From: an uncultured delta proteobacterium
GTDB taxonomy: Bacteria > Desulfobacterota > Desulfomonilia > Desulfomonilales > Desulfomonilaceae
Length of the DNA stretch: 64,000 bases
NCBI GenBank assembly: GCA_963789265.1
Contig: CAWBKB010000001.1
Span: 2,080,001-2,144,000 of the forward strand
Reading direction: 5' to 3'
A program made the position numbers and the translations under genes. Shown here in pieces: positions 1 to 9,434 of the stretch. The notes beneath the pieces were generated by a model. That model had not been told where the DNA came from and made no database searches. It was given only the letters and a program-made list of their open reading frames with translations. How positions within the stretch are numbered: position 1 is the stretch's first letter; the number at the start of each line of letters is the position of its first letter.

Positions 1-87
1 AGGCTTACTAGACCGCGTCACAATCTCCGCGCCACAAGCGCATCTGAAAACCGAATCCTGGAATTCGGGATGTATTCCTTTTTTCAT
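1..87 (-). CDS. rpmE: 50S ribosomal protein L31, 5' part (runs off the window)
   Basis: Manual translation MKKGIHPEFQDSVFRCACGAEIVTRSSKP; CxC motif; lies directly downstream of rho. Confidence 0.9.
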   Translation of the reverse strand, partial: MKKGIHPEFQDSVFRCACGAEIVTRSSKP

Positions 88-222
88 TCCCTTTTCTCCG
101 TCGATCAGTTTAAGTACTCAAGGTTAACATAGAATCGCCTCGCGAGAAACATAAAAGTGCTACGAGGCGATCCCTCAAGTTGCGGCCGCGGCAAATGTAA
201 TCATCTAAGCCCGGCCTTACGC

Positions 223-1476
223 CTATTTGTTCATTATCTCCAGAAATTCCCGGTTGGAATCGGTCTGCATTATCTTGTCCAGCAGGAATTCCATGGCATC
301 CACCGAGTTCATGTCCGCGAGCAACTTTCTCAGCAGCCAGATCCTCTGGAGATCTTGCTGGCTTAACAGGAGTTCCTCTTTGCGTGTTCCGGAACGGTTG
401 ATGTCTATGCACGGGAAGATCCGGCGTTCTAAAAGTCGCCGGTCTAAGTGTATCTCCAAATTGCCGGTTCCTTTGAACTCCTCGTAGATAACCTCGTCCA
501 TCTTACTACCCGTATCTATAAGAGCAGTAGCAATTATGGTCAGGCTTCCACCTTCCTCAATGTTACGGGCCGCTCCGAAGAAACGTTTGGGACGATGCAA
601 GGCGTTAGAATCTACACCGCCGGACAAAATCTTGCCGCTGGGCGGAACCACGGTATTGTGTGCCCGGGCGAGGCGGGTAATGGAGTCCAACAGGATGACG
701 ACATCTCTCTTGTGCTCGACGAGCCTTTTAGCCTTCTCAATGACCATGTCCGCTACTTGGACGTGCCGCTGAGCCGGTTCGTCAAAGGTTGAGGAGATCA
801 CCTCACCATGCACGGACCGTTGCATGTCAGTCACTTCCTCAGGACGCTCATCAATCAGCAGGACGATTAGATAGATTTCCGGATGGTTGCGGGTAAGGCT
901 GTTGGCTATCTGCTGGAGCAAGACTGTCTTGCCTGCCTTTGGCGGCGAGACAATGAGGGCACGCTGTCCTTTTCCTATTGGGGTGAGCAAATCCATTACT
1001 CTCATGGAATACTGCGTCGGCCCAATTTCAAGTTTCATTCTCTCTTCCGGATAGAGAGGCGTGAGGTTGTCAAAGAGAACTTTGTCCCGGACTTTCTCGG
1101 GATCTTCTGCGTTTATGTTCTCCACTTTGAGCAGGGCGAAATAGCGCTCCGTGTCTTTGGGAGGCCGAATATACCCCGAGATCGTATCCCCGGTCCGCAT
1201 GTTGAATCTTCTAATTTGGCTGGGGGATACATAAATGTCATCAGGCCCGGGCAGATAGTTGTAGTCGGGTGCCCTGAGGAATCCAAATCCGTCCGGGAGA
1301 GTCTCCAGCACACCTTCGCCTCTGATCGGGGCTTCCTTTTCGGTCTGTTGGTGGGCCTGGAGGATTGCGAAGATCAACTCTTGTTTGCGCATGCTACTTG
1401 CACCCTCGACCTCGAGGGAATTGGCAATAGCCAAAAGTTCACTGACCTTCTTTTCTTTCAGTTCTGCGACGTCCAT
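223..1476 (-). CDS. rho: Transcription termination factor Rho
   Basis: [27 protein letters not shown] and [12 protein letters not shown] motifs; start taken at MDVAELK after an AGGAG RBS. Confidence 0.98.
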   Translation of the reverse strand: MDVAELKEKKVSELLAIANSLEVEGASSMRKQELIFAILQAHQQTEKEAPIRGEGVLETLPDGFGFLRAPDYNYLPGPDDIYVSPSQIRRFNMRTGDTISGYIRPPKDTERYFALLKVENINAEDPEKVRDKVLFDNLTPLYPEERMKLEIGPTQYSMRVMDLLTPIGKGQRALIVSPPKAGKTVLLQQIANSLTRNHPEIYLIVLLIDERPEEVTDMQRSVHGEVISSTFDEPAQRHVQVADMVIEKAKRLVEHKRDVVILLDSITRLARAHNTVVPPSGKILSGGVDSNALHRPKRFFGAARNIEEGGSLTIIATALIDTGSKMDEVIYEEFKGTGNLEIHLDRRLLERRIFPCIDINRSGTRKEELLLSQQDLQRIWLLRKLLADMNSVDAMEFLLDKIMQTDSNREFLEIMNK

Positions 1477-1758
1477 GAGGTCTCCTGAATCTCTATTGTC
1501 AATGGGGACAAAGACGATCTTTTGAGGTTCCGTTCGAAGCTTTTTTCGAGATAGGCCAATCAGCGTACGGAGGCGGACATATTGTAAACGGCCCCTACCC
1601 TCTTCAAAAAAATTGTTCCTGCGGCTGGAAGCGTGCTCCTGGGAGGAAGTTCTCAATCGAGGCTATTACTTTTTTAATCAACCCCTGCCAATCTGTCAAG
1701 TCTTTTGTTTTGCAGTTCATGGTTGATTGCCTCACGGTCGCGTCCTATTATGTCACCC

Positions 1759-2493
1759 ATGACGCAACTTCTTCTCCCGCTTACGACTCCACCGCGTTAC
1801 ACCTTCGAGTCCCTGGTCATCCACGAGGGAAACCAAACCGCGGTGCAAACTATTAGGTCCGCATACGGAACAGGGGCACTTCCCCTGCCTCCTCTTTTCT
1901 TGCACGGGCCACCGGGGACCGGCAAGACTCATATACTTCATGCCGTGGCATCCCTGTTGGCAACCCGATTCGCTTCAGAAGACGCCGGCGTCAAATTCAT
2001 ATTGAGGTCGGACGAGCCCCCCGGGTTTCCTGAGCTGCGGGCCCTGGTCTCCGACCCTCAAAGTCCTGTACAGGGGTTGTTAGCGGTAATTTTGGATGAT
2101 ACTCACCTCGTGAGTGAAGAAGATTCAGCGCACCTGTGGAGCTTGTCCAATAAACTGACCCGTTCCGGGGCCCCTCTAATTATGGCCGGACGCACGCCAC
2201 CCGAAGAAGTTTTTCCGACCAACGCTCATCTGCACTCACGTATTCTTTCAGGACTCGTTCTAAGCCTTGAGCCGCCCGACGATCTCATTCGCCTGCTGAT
2301 TGTGGACAAGATGGCTAAAGACAAAAACGTGCGGATTTCACCCGAGGTCTGTCAGTACCTTGTGAGCAGGAAGTCACGAAATATCAAGGAGCTGGAAAGA
2401 CTGCTCTACCTCCTGGACAGGGCCTCTCTCGAACTCAAGAGACGGATTACCATCCCCCTTGTTAAGTCCCTGGAAAGAGAAGGTTTGCTGTAA
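1759..2493 (+). CDS. hda: DnaA regulatory inactivator Hda-like AAA+ protein
   Basis: N-terminal QLLLPL clamp-binding-like motif, YTFESLV, Walker A GPPGTGKT, C-terminal RRITIPLVK; no DnaA domain IV. Confidence 0.8.
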   Translation: MTQLLLPLTTPPRYTFESLVIHEGNQTAVQTIRSAYGTGALPLPPLFLHGPPGTGKTHILHAVASLLATRFASEDAGVKFILRSDEPPGFPELRALVSDPQSPVQGLLAVILDDTHLVSEEDSAHLWSLSNKLTRSGAPLIMAGRTPPEEVFPTNAHLHSRILSGLVLSLEPPDDLIRLLIVDKMAKDKNVRISPEVCQYLVSRKSRNIKELERLLYLLDRASLELKRRITIPLVKSLEREGLL

Positions 2494-2634
2494 TGATTCA
2501 CTTACGCGGCGGGATTGGCGAACTCCTGCCATTGCGAGGAGTCAAACGACGAATCAATCTAAATCCTTAGAGAAAGAGATTGCTTCGCTTCGCTCGCAAT
2601 GACAATCTTTCACCGCTCGTAACTGAATGTTTAC
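2490..2634. mobile_element. MITE-like element (GTAA..TTCA / CTGAA..TTAC ends) carrying a REP-like hairpin
   Basis: Imperfect terminal IRs gtaatgattcacttac / gtaactgaatgtttac; internal cattgcgag...gagattgcttcgcttcgctcgcaatgac, also seen near 9337-9365. Confidence 0.6.
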
Positions 2635-2835
2635 GGTCTGTTTTAACATCGGCTCATGCCCAGGGTCGATCTTCCGCCGGCGTTTTCACTTCCAGCCGGC
2701 AAAACAGAATCAGCTTGAACTACGTTCAGGAACACGATAAACAGGTCCTGGAACGGTTCGGTCGCCGACCGAATACCAGTGCGTCGACCGACGCGCCAAA
2801 TGATTCGGCACGCAGCCGAGGACGCATAGAAAGAT

Positions 2836-4224
2836 ATGAAGTTATTGACACTCTCCAAAGGCCGACTTCCTTGCATCGCAATAGCAGGTGTTTTGGGCAT
2901 TCTCCCTTTCTTCAAGAGTGTGGAAGATCCGAGCGCAGCCCTCTCACGCTTCGTCAAGGTCTTCACAGCGCAGGACGTCGCAGGACTAACAAAGATCATC
3001 CAACCGGAGATAATAACCGATGCGGACGTCAGTACGAAAGATGTTGAACGTTTTCTGAAGAGATTCCGAGGTAATTCCTTGAGCCTCAAGCGTTCAACCA
3101 TTGACAAGAGACTGAAGTCCGAAGACGGCAAAACTGAAAGATTCCAAGCGACTGTCTCATTCCGCGGGCCAGTGCTCGCTGCCAAATACCCGGATCCCTC
3201 AACCCTGGACATGACCCTGCTTTGGGTCATGCAAGACGGAAAGTGGTGGCTCGAACGGCCTCTGTCAATAATGTACTTGGTCAAGTCCCTCGACGCATAT
3301 CCGACCGAAGCCCAAAACGAAATGGCCACACGCTTTGAAACATCCGTCGCGATTCTGGACAAGCTCGGCATCCCCGGCAAGGAGGATTTGGCTTGGGTGG
3401 ATTACCCATTCAACGGTGAGGCGATAGCAGAATACAAGGAATTGGATAGGCTGTATGTGCAAGAACGTGGCCCCAAGGGCGTAGATCCAAAGTCCTCAGG
3501 AGTCCGGGTGCTGTTGAAAGGAGCGAGCCGGAGCCGCAGCGGTCTTCTCCAACTGTACCACGGGGATTTCCCCAGCGGTCCGAAAGACAAGCGGCGACCT
3601 GTTCCTTGGGGCGCGTTCAGGGACTACGCCGAGGCCGCGATCAAACTCGGACACACCTTCGAGAGTCAATCGAAGCCACGAGAGGCAGAGAGGATTTATC
3701 GCCGTGTCATTTCTCTTGGGCGGCAATTCCTGGATGAGCCGGGCGGGTACCAATTTGTGACCTGGGGCATAACTTTTCAGAAACAGGGAGCAGAGGCACT
3801 AGCTCGATTGCTTACCTCAAGTCGAAGTGCAGAAAAAAAACAATTATCAGCCTTTGTGAACCTGGAGTCCCGTAGGCTCGACCTGCTTCAGACCGCTTTG
3901 AAATCTCTGGACGATATGGCTGACTACAAATCTCTGAAGGCTGCGGTACTTGCCGCACATCGAACAGGAGACCCGACATTCGGACCTTGGGGAATTAATA
4001 CGTTGGCCATATTAGCCCTTAAAGGCGCGCCGGCCTGTCGACAGGCCATGAATGCAGCGAGAAGCATGGTGTTGGTTAAGAACTCCGTCATGGAAAAGAA
4101 GGCTTTGGAATCCCTGGATGAACTCGTGTCGGAACGATCGGGAACCGTGACATCATTCATAAAATATCAAAAGGACTGGGTCCGCAGCCATCGGGTTTAT
4201 GGATCGGTCCGGGCTTTCCGTTGA
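2836..4224 (+). CDS. Hypothetical protein with N-terminal hydrophobic segment
   Basis: 462-aa ORF; no recognised family motif. Confidence 0.75.
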   Translation: MKLLTLSKGRLPCIAIAGVLGILPFFKSVEDPSAALSRFVKVFTAQDVAGLTKIIQPEIITDADVSTKDVERFLKRFRGNSLSLKRSTIDKRLKSEDGKTERFQATVSFRGPVLAAKYPDPSTLDMTLLWVMQDGKWWLERPLSIMYLVKSLDAYPTEAQNEMATRFETSVAILDKLGIPGKEDLAWVDYPFNGEAIAEYKELDRLYVQERGPKGVDPKSSGVRVLLKGASRSRSGLLQLYHGDFPSGPKDKRRPVPWGAFRDYAEAAIKLGHTFESQSKPREAERIYRRVISLGRQFLDEPGGYQFVTWGITFQKQGAEALARLLTSSRSAEKKQLSAFVNLESRRLDLLQTALKSLDDMADYKSLKAAVLAAHRTGDPTFGPWGINTLAILALKGAPACRQAMNAARSMVLVKNSVMEKKALESLDELVSERSGTVTSFIKYQKDWVRSHRVYGSVRAFR

Positions 4225-4293
4225 GCCAATCGATCACCGCGGAGAATTCTTTTTTTGCTCGTCTATGTGATGGAGCACTGCAAATTCCGGTCT

Positions 4294-4425
4294 GTGACCG
4301 TTCGGGCAATGCCTGCCTGACCATACGCGCCTGTGACTGACGTGGAGCCGGATAAGCCGGATTCTCGCTCTGCGGTCTCGCCGCATCCAGCGTCTCGTGG
4401 GTCTGATTGCCCGCTGAACGGTAGC
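4294..4425. mobile_element. MITE-like or structured element upstream of recO
   Basis: Ends gtgaccgttcgggcaat / attgcccgctgaacggtagc can pair and resemble the ends at 2490, 9181 and 55250. Confidence 0.45.
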
Positions 4426-4449
4426 TGATGAGCATCAGCGGCGGGGCTT

Positions 4450-5196
4450 ATGGCGAAATCAATCATTCTAAAGAAATACGACTTCGGAGAAGCCGATGAA
4501 CTGGTTGTTTTCCTGAGTCGTGAACTCGGATGGTTGCGGGGAATCGCAAAAAATGCGAAGAGGAGCCGTGTGCGTTTCGGCGGCCATCTCGAACCACTTT
4601 CTCTCGTCGATCTCAGTCTGAGGCCCCGCAAGAGGGACGACCTGATTTGGATAGACGAATCTCAGGTGGTTCATGGCTTTTTGCCGATTAGATCCGACAT
4701 TGCGAAAGTCGCCCGTGCGCAATACTTCCTTGAGCTTTGTTCGGTCTTCCTTCCTGAGGATCATCCGGATCCGGCATTGTTTGACTTCATTGTGGACTTT
4801 CTCAAACGTCTTGAAACCGCCCTTCCGAACCCCGTACGGCTGCTCTTGGACGAAATCCGGCTACTGGCAATCCTCGGATACGCTCCACGATTCGACCTCT
4901 GTCCGGCCTGCGGCAAATCGTTCGCTCGCGGGGAGGGTGTCTTGTTCGTGCCGCGCTTGGGGGGCGCGTGTCATCCGACATGCGCGGGACCTAAAGAGAC
5001 GGGCACTGTTCCATTGTCACCAAACACATTGGCAATAGTGCGAAGGGGTCTCGAGGTTGGGACCGAGGTTGTCGGCCGGTTGAGGCTCAACAGACCAGGA
5101 CTTCACGAACTCAGACAGGCCCTTTCCGCTTTTGTCCGGTATCAACGGGGAGAGGAAATGAATTCCCTTCTCTTCCTGGAACACATGGGCTTCTAG
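4450..5196 (+). CDS. recO: DNA repair protein RecO
   Basis: GEAD, AKNAKRSRVRFGGHLEP and LGYAP..CPACG Zn-finger motifs. Confidence 0.95.
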   Translation: MAKSIILKKYDFGEADELVVFLSRELGWLRGIAKNAKRSRVRFGGHLEPLSLVDLSLRPRKRDDLIWIDESQVVHGFLPIRSDIAKVARAQYFLELCSVFLPEDHPDPALFDFIVDFLKRLETALPNPVRLLLDEIRLLAILGYAPRFDLCPACGKSFARGEGVLFVPRLGGACHPTCAGPKETGTVPLSPNTLAIVRRGLEVGTEVVGRLRLNRPGLHELRQALSAFVRYQRGEEMNSLLFLEHMGF

Positions 5197-5210
5197 AGGG
5201 GGGAGAATGC

Positions 5211-5596
5211 CTTGGTACTCCATTTCGCAAATACGGTCTCGTATTCTGGTACAGTAGCCGTCATTACCGCGCACGCGGGAATCCAGTAGGACCGGCCTCC
5301 GTGCCGGTTTTCGCGAAACGCCGGCAGGGAGAAACTGTCTCAAAACTATCTTGATGCCCAACATCGTGCCACGATTAGGTCTCATTCGTATAGTTGTTAC
5401 ACTCACCCCAACCCTCTCCCAGAGGGAGAGGGAGCTGTACCAAAGAGGCTATTGGAGTCCCCTCGCCCTTTGGGAGAGGGTCAGGGTGAGGGGATTTCGT
5501 GTTACGATTTCGTCCTGTTCAGGGGGTTTTGAGACAGTTTCGGGACGCCGGCGCTACCGTGCAATTGGCACCGTAATTATGAAATCCCGTACTTAG
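5211..5596. mobile_element. MITE-like element ending GTACTTAG, interrupted by a nested IS1182-type MITE
   Basis: Clear homology with 60252-60408 (ttcgcaaatacggt.tcgtattctg ... caattggcaccgta.ttatgaaa...gtacttag). Confidence 0.7.
5331..5541. mobile_element. Non-autonomous IS1182-type MITE, 211 bp
   Basis: Perfect 16-bp TIR GAAACTGTCTCAAAAC matching the left end of the IS at 44932; 4-bp direct repeat GGGA on both sides. Confidence 0.85.
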
Positions 5597-5598
5597 CC

Positions 5599-6633
5599 CT
5601 AGAAAAGACCGGGCATCTGACTCGATTTGCCGGAAGCTTTTGAGCCTTGGAGAATGCTTTCAATCGGGGAAGGATTCTCCTCTTCTCCGGCCGAGGAGGC
5701 ATTTTTCCCCGCCTTCAAGCGCCGGCTGAGCTTAGTCAGTTTGGCTTGCAGATTTCGACTCTTCTGCTTGGAATGTTTTGCGTCCGCGGCCAGCGCCTCC
5801 GATTGCTGCCGGCAGTGATGTAATTCTTCCTGGGACCGAACGGCCTGATTTTGTAGCTCTCCAACATTATTACGCAATTGGTCTGCTTGTTTGACGGCGG
5901 CTTCGGCTTGGCGGGTAGCCTCCGCAAGTTCCGACTGGAGTCGGTTAACCTCATTTTCCGCATTAGATTTAAGTTTCCTTGCATCAGCCACCGAGTTCTT
6001 TAGCGTCTTGACCAACTCGGTGTTCTCTGCCAATTGCCGATTTAGCCGATCCGCGGCTGAAGACCGCTCTTCCAAGTCCTTGCCGATCTTCTCCAGTTTC
6101 GCCTGAAGTTCTGAAGTGCGAGTCTTATCGGTGGCCTGAAGCGATTCAATTTGGCGACTTAGGTCGGCTACCTGGTTGTCCTTGGCCTTACCATCCCGTT
6201 TGATGGCCGCCAATTCTTGCTCCTTCAACTCCAGATCCTTGCTGAGCTCATCAATGCGCTTGCGCAAACGCTGTGCCTTGTACTCTGCAACCGCTTTGGC
6301 CCCCATGAGAGCGATTCGATCTTCGTTGCGGCTGCCTTTAGCTTCAGACGCTCTTGTCTCGGACCGCTCTTGGCCGAGCTTCTCCGCGGCCCCTTTATTT
6401 GCCATCGTCTCTTGCTCACGCAGGGATCGCAGTTTTTCAACCAACGGCTTGTTTCGGTCTTCACATGTGGACAGTGCTTGTCGGGCCTCATCAAGCTGTG
6501 TTTGAAGATTCGCCAGCGATTTCTCGAGCTGCTGTTTTTGGGTGATGCTGTTTTCAGATTTGGATCCGCCGCATCCTTGGAGGACGAGGGCTAATCCCAG
6601 GATTATCATGACGCTGTAGCTTCGTGGGTTCAT
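5599..6633 (-). CDS. Long coiled-coil lipoprotein, function unknown
   Basis: Signal peptide with lipobox LQGC followed by a long E/K/Q/L-rich heptad region. Confidence 0.75.
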   Translation of the reverse strand: MNPRSYSVMIILGLALVLQGCGGSKSENSITQKQQLEKSLANLQTQLDEARQALSTCEDRNKPLVEKLRSLREQETMANKGAAEKLGQERSETRASEAKGSRNEDRIALMGAKAVAEYKAQRLRKRIDELSKDLELKEQELAAIKRDGKAKDNQVADLSRQIESLQATDKTRTSELQAKLEKIGKDLEERSSAADRLNRQLAENTELVKTLKNSVADARKLKSNAENEVNRLQSELAEATRQAEAAVKQADQLRNNVGELQNQAVRSQEELHHCRQQSEALAADAKHSKQKSRNLQAKLTKLSRRLKAGKNASSAGEEENPSPIESILQGSKASGKSSQMPGLF

Positions 6634-6794
6634 GGGCGAGTTCTCCATTTTCAACGGGCCGCGAAACCAGGCATCAGGTACTTCTGCACGAAGTCGTGGC
6701 GAAAATGATTGAAACTCAGGGAGCATGCGCACAGATTTTCAATTAACATTGTAATGAACGAGAACCATTTTTGTCAATAAAAATCAACCAAATA

Positions 6795-7107
6795 GTTTCT
6801 CCGCATCTCGGTAGGTGTCCTTTTTTGTTTCAACGCACCCATAAGACTTGCAATTGGCTGCCATGAAGCATCTGAGGGGTAGGCCGGGCCATGCCTGATC
6901 CCGTGAAGCGCGGGACGGCGGCCACGGGCCGCCCTACTCGATGCGCGCGTACGTCGGCGCGACGACGGGCTGGGTGCCATCCCGCGTGCCGTAGGAGGCT
7001 CTGGAAGGTCCGTGCTGTATATGTCGTTTGATCGCGACCTGGTCTACATACCGGTAAATATGGATTCGGAATTGTCATAGAGGTAGAATTGCAGATGCGT
7101 AAGAAAC
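6795..7107. repeat. Degenerate MITE-like element with REP-like hairpin
   Basis: Ends gtttctccgcatct / agatgcgtaagaaac; internal gtaggccgggcc...ggccgccctac. Confidence 0.35.
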
Positions 7108-7292
7108 GGTCCAATCAGTTTCCGGAGGCGCTCGTAAAGGAGAAGCATTTGTATGTGAGTAGCCCCGTACCTGTCGCGCGGGGATTCACTTACAAATGCT
7201 TTTAATTCAGGAACTCGTATATGATCGTGGTCAAGAGCAGAAAATTAAGACCGTGTTGATGCCCGAGTACGTCCGCACCCCTTCTCCGGCGC

Positions 7293-7595
7293 TCAATCGA
7301 CAAGCGGGGAGCCAATCGGCTCGGTAGTGAGACGAATAGCCGGTCTTGGGAGACTCGTCTTGCTGCGAGTTTGGAGCCACCTCCCAATTCCCCAGGTTAT
7401 GGTCAGGCAAAGGGGCAAAAAGAGCAGGACGCCGCAAAACGCGCCCTGCAAGGGGTTTTTCGCCAACATGGCATAAGCCACTGCGCCTAGCAACAGAGCG
7501 CCGACAGGCCCGAGAATCAGCATCCACGTGACCATCATGGTTGTTCCCATTGACTGGACAATACTTCTTCTAAAGTCTGCTTCACTTTCCATCAT
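7293..7595 (-). CDS. Small membrane protein (2 predicted TM helices)
   Basis: AAGGAG RBS before ATG; two hydrophobic stretches. Confidence 0.6.
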   Translation of the reverse strand: MMESEADFRRSIVQSMGTTMMVTWMLILGPVGALLLGAVAYAMLAKNPLQGAFCGVLLFLPLCLTITWGIGRWLQTRSKTSLPRPAIRLTTEPIGSPLVD

Positions 7596-8009
7596 TTCTC
7601 TCCTTAATGATTTGGGGGGGACCGTTATCCCGTCCCTCTATCGGTTCACCTACCAGCCTGACTGCTATAAATTTTCTCCGTCAGTGAGATCCCGTCATAG
7701 CGGCCCCTCCAAGCAACGGGGTTGGCCGTACCTGTTTGCACGCTCTGTACCAAACAGGATCGGCAGATACGAGCTGACAAGTATCTAGAGTGAACTCAAT
7801 ATGATGAGAGATGGGAGAGTTGTTGAACAGACTTACCGCTCACCTGCAGACTGCCTTACCCCAATAAGTGAAAATCACCGACGCATTTGCAGCCTCACCG
7901 AAAAAATCTTGTAAATGCCATATATTATCGCGCAGGCGAAATTCACCCTTGGGCCGGCCATATTCACCTGTACCGCATTTACGCCCCGCAAGTTTTGCAT
8001 TGATACTTG

Positions 8010-8400
8010 AACGAATGGACTGTTTTGCAGGATGTGATGCCCCCGCAGGACGCGGAAGCACCGTCGCGATCGCGAAGAACTCAGCCGAAAAGTTCCCGGA
8101 CGGTCGAGACGCGGGTCCCGTATTTCACGGGACGGTTCGTCCAGCGGGAAAGCAATCTTCTCTTGCCGGTTGGGAGATTGCCAAGGACTTACGCTCTCGC
8201 AATGCCAATCGTACTATTCGCCTAGAGAACAGTTCCGTTTTTTCTCGCTCCCAGTCCCGCGAATCGCGAGACCACCTGGAAATGCCTGCATTGGAGGCTC
8301 TGCCTCGACTATGATAGCGAGATACGGGTAGCCTGCGGGCATAGTCGGGCGTTCCGCGGGATTCCCAGGCTGAGCCTCCGCCTGGGAACCGGAAAACATG
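8010..8400. repeat. Cluster of REP-like hairpins
   Basis: gcaatct...gagattgc...ctcgcaatg and ttcccaggct...cctgggaacc motifs; the latter recurs at 30331. Confidence 0.45.
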
Positions 8401-8434
8401 TACGCGACCCTTCCCCCAGCTTTCTTGACAAAGC

Positions 8435-9130
8435 TCACTCGCCTTTCTTAATTTGCCGCTTTATCAGGTTGATCTCCTTGGTTACGGGAATCTCCTTGGG
8501 ACAAACCCTGGTGCATTCAAGGTGGTTGACGCAACCCCAGACCCCATCGGGATAATCCAACTGCTTCAGCCTCTCTTCACGCTCTTCGTCTCTGGAATCA
8601 AAGATGTGCCGGAAAGCTTGCACTAGGGGCGCGGGGCCGAGATATTTCTCATTTTCATTGGAAACAGGACAGGCGCCCACACAGCACGCGCACAATATGC
8701 AACGGATGGATTCGCCCATTCTGCCTCTCTCCTCGTCCGATTGCTTCCGCTCTTTCTCCGGCGGGTTGGAGGCGACCAGATAGGGGCGAACCCATTCAAC
8801 TCTCTCGAAGAATGGATCTAAATCCACGACGAGATCCTTGAGGACCTTAAAGGTAGGCAGCGGTTCCAGCACTACTTCAGAGCCCTGGTAGTCCTTCACC
8901 AATTTTTGGCATGCCAGGGCGCATCGGCCGTTTATCCTCATAGCATCCGAACCGCAGACTCCGTGCGCGCAAGACATGCGATAGGCCAGAGTACCGTCCT
9001 GTTCCCATTTGATTCTGTTCAAGCAATCGAGGAGCCGCTCCCAGGGTTCGGCCTGAATGCTGTAGCTTTTAAAATACGGTTCGCGGTCCTTTTGCGGATC
9101 AAAACGCAATATTTTGAATTTCATATCCAT
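8435..9130 (-). CDS. sdhB: Succinate dehydrogenase/fumarate reductase Fe-S subunit
   Basis: SCAHGVCGSD, CILCACCVGACP and CVNHLECTRVCPK cluster motifs. Confidence 0.93.
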   Translation of the reverse strand: MDMKFKILRFDPQKDREPYFKSYSIQAEPWERLLDCLNRIKWEQDGTLAYRMSCAHGVCGSDAMRINGRCALACQKLVKDYQGSEVVLEPLPTFKVLKDLVVDLDPFFERVEWVRPYLVASNPPEKERKQSDEERGRMGESIRCILCACCVGACPVSNENEKYLGPAPLVQAFRHIFDSRDEEREERLKQLDYPDGVWGCVNHLECTRVCPKEIPVTKEINLIKRQIKKGE

Positions 9131-9180
9131 TGTAGTATTCCCCTGGGCTAATTGACCCATTTGACTCTGTAACTGGCTTT

Positions 9181-9396
9181 GCAACCGCTCAGTTACGCGG
9201 AATAACCGCGATTATGTGTCGTTGTGAGGAGTGAATAGTGGGACAGGCTTCCAGCCGTCGCTGGCGGACGGGCAAGATGCCCATCCCCACTGCAAGATGC
9301 CCGTTTTCCATCGGAACTCCAGGGGTTGGTCGTGCATGAGATTGCTTCGCTCCGCTCGCAATGACAAGCTCTTGGCGCCCCTGACTGAAGGATTGC
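9181..9396. mobile_element. MITE-like element between sdhA and sdhB
   Basis: Ends gcaaccgctcagttac / tgactgaaggattgc; contains gtggga...tcccac-like and gagattgcttcgctccgctcgcaatgac REP-like units. Confidence 0.55.
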
Positions 9397-9434
9397 CTAC
9401 TTTCTATCGTCTTGCATTCTCCAATACACGAAAA

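Noticed and set aside
7788..8434. ORFs 7868-8314, 8007-8225 and 8214-8438
   Set aside because: They run through REP-like palindromes and have no protein-like features
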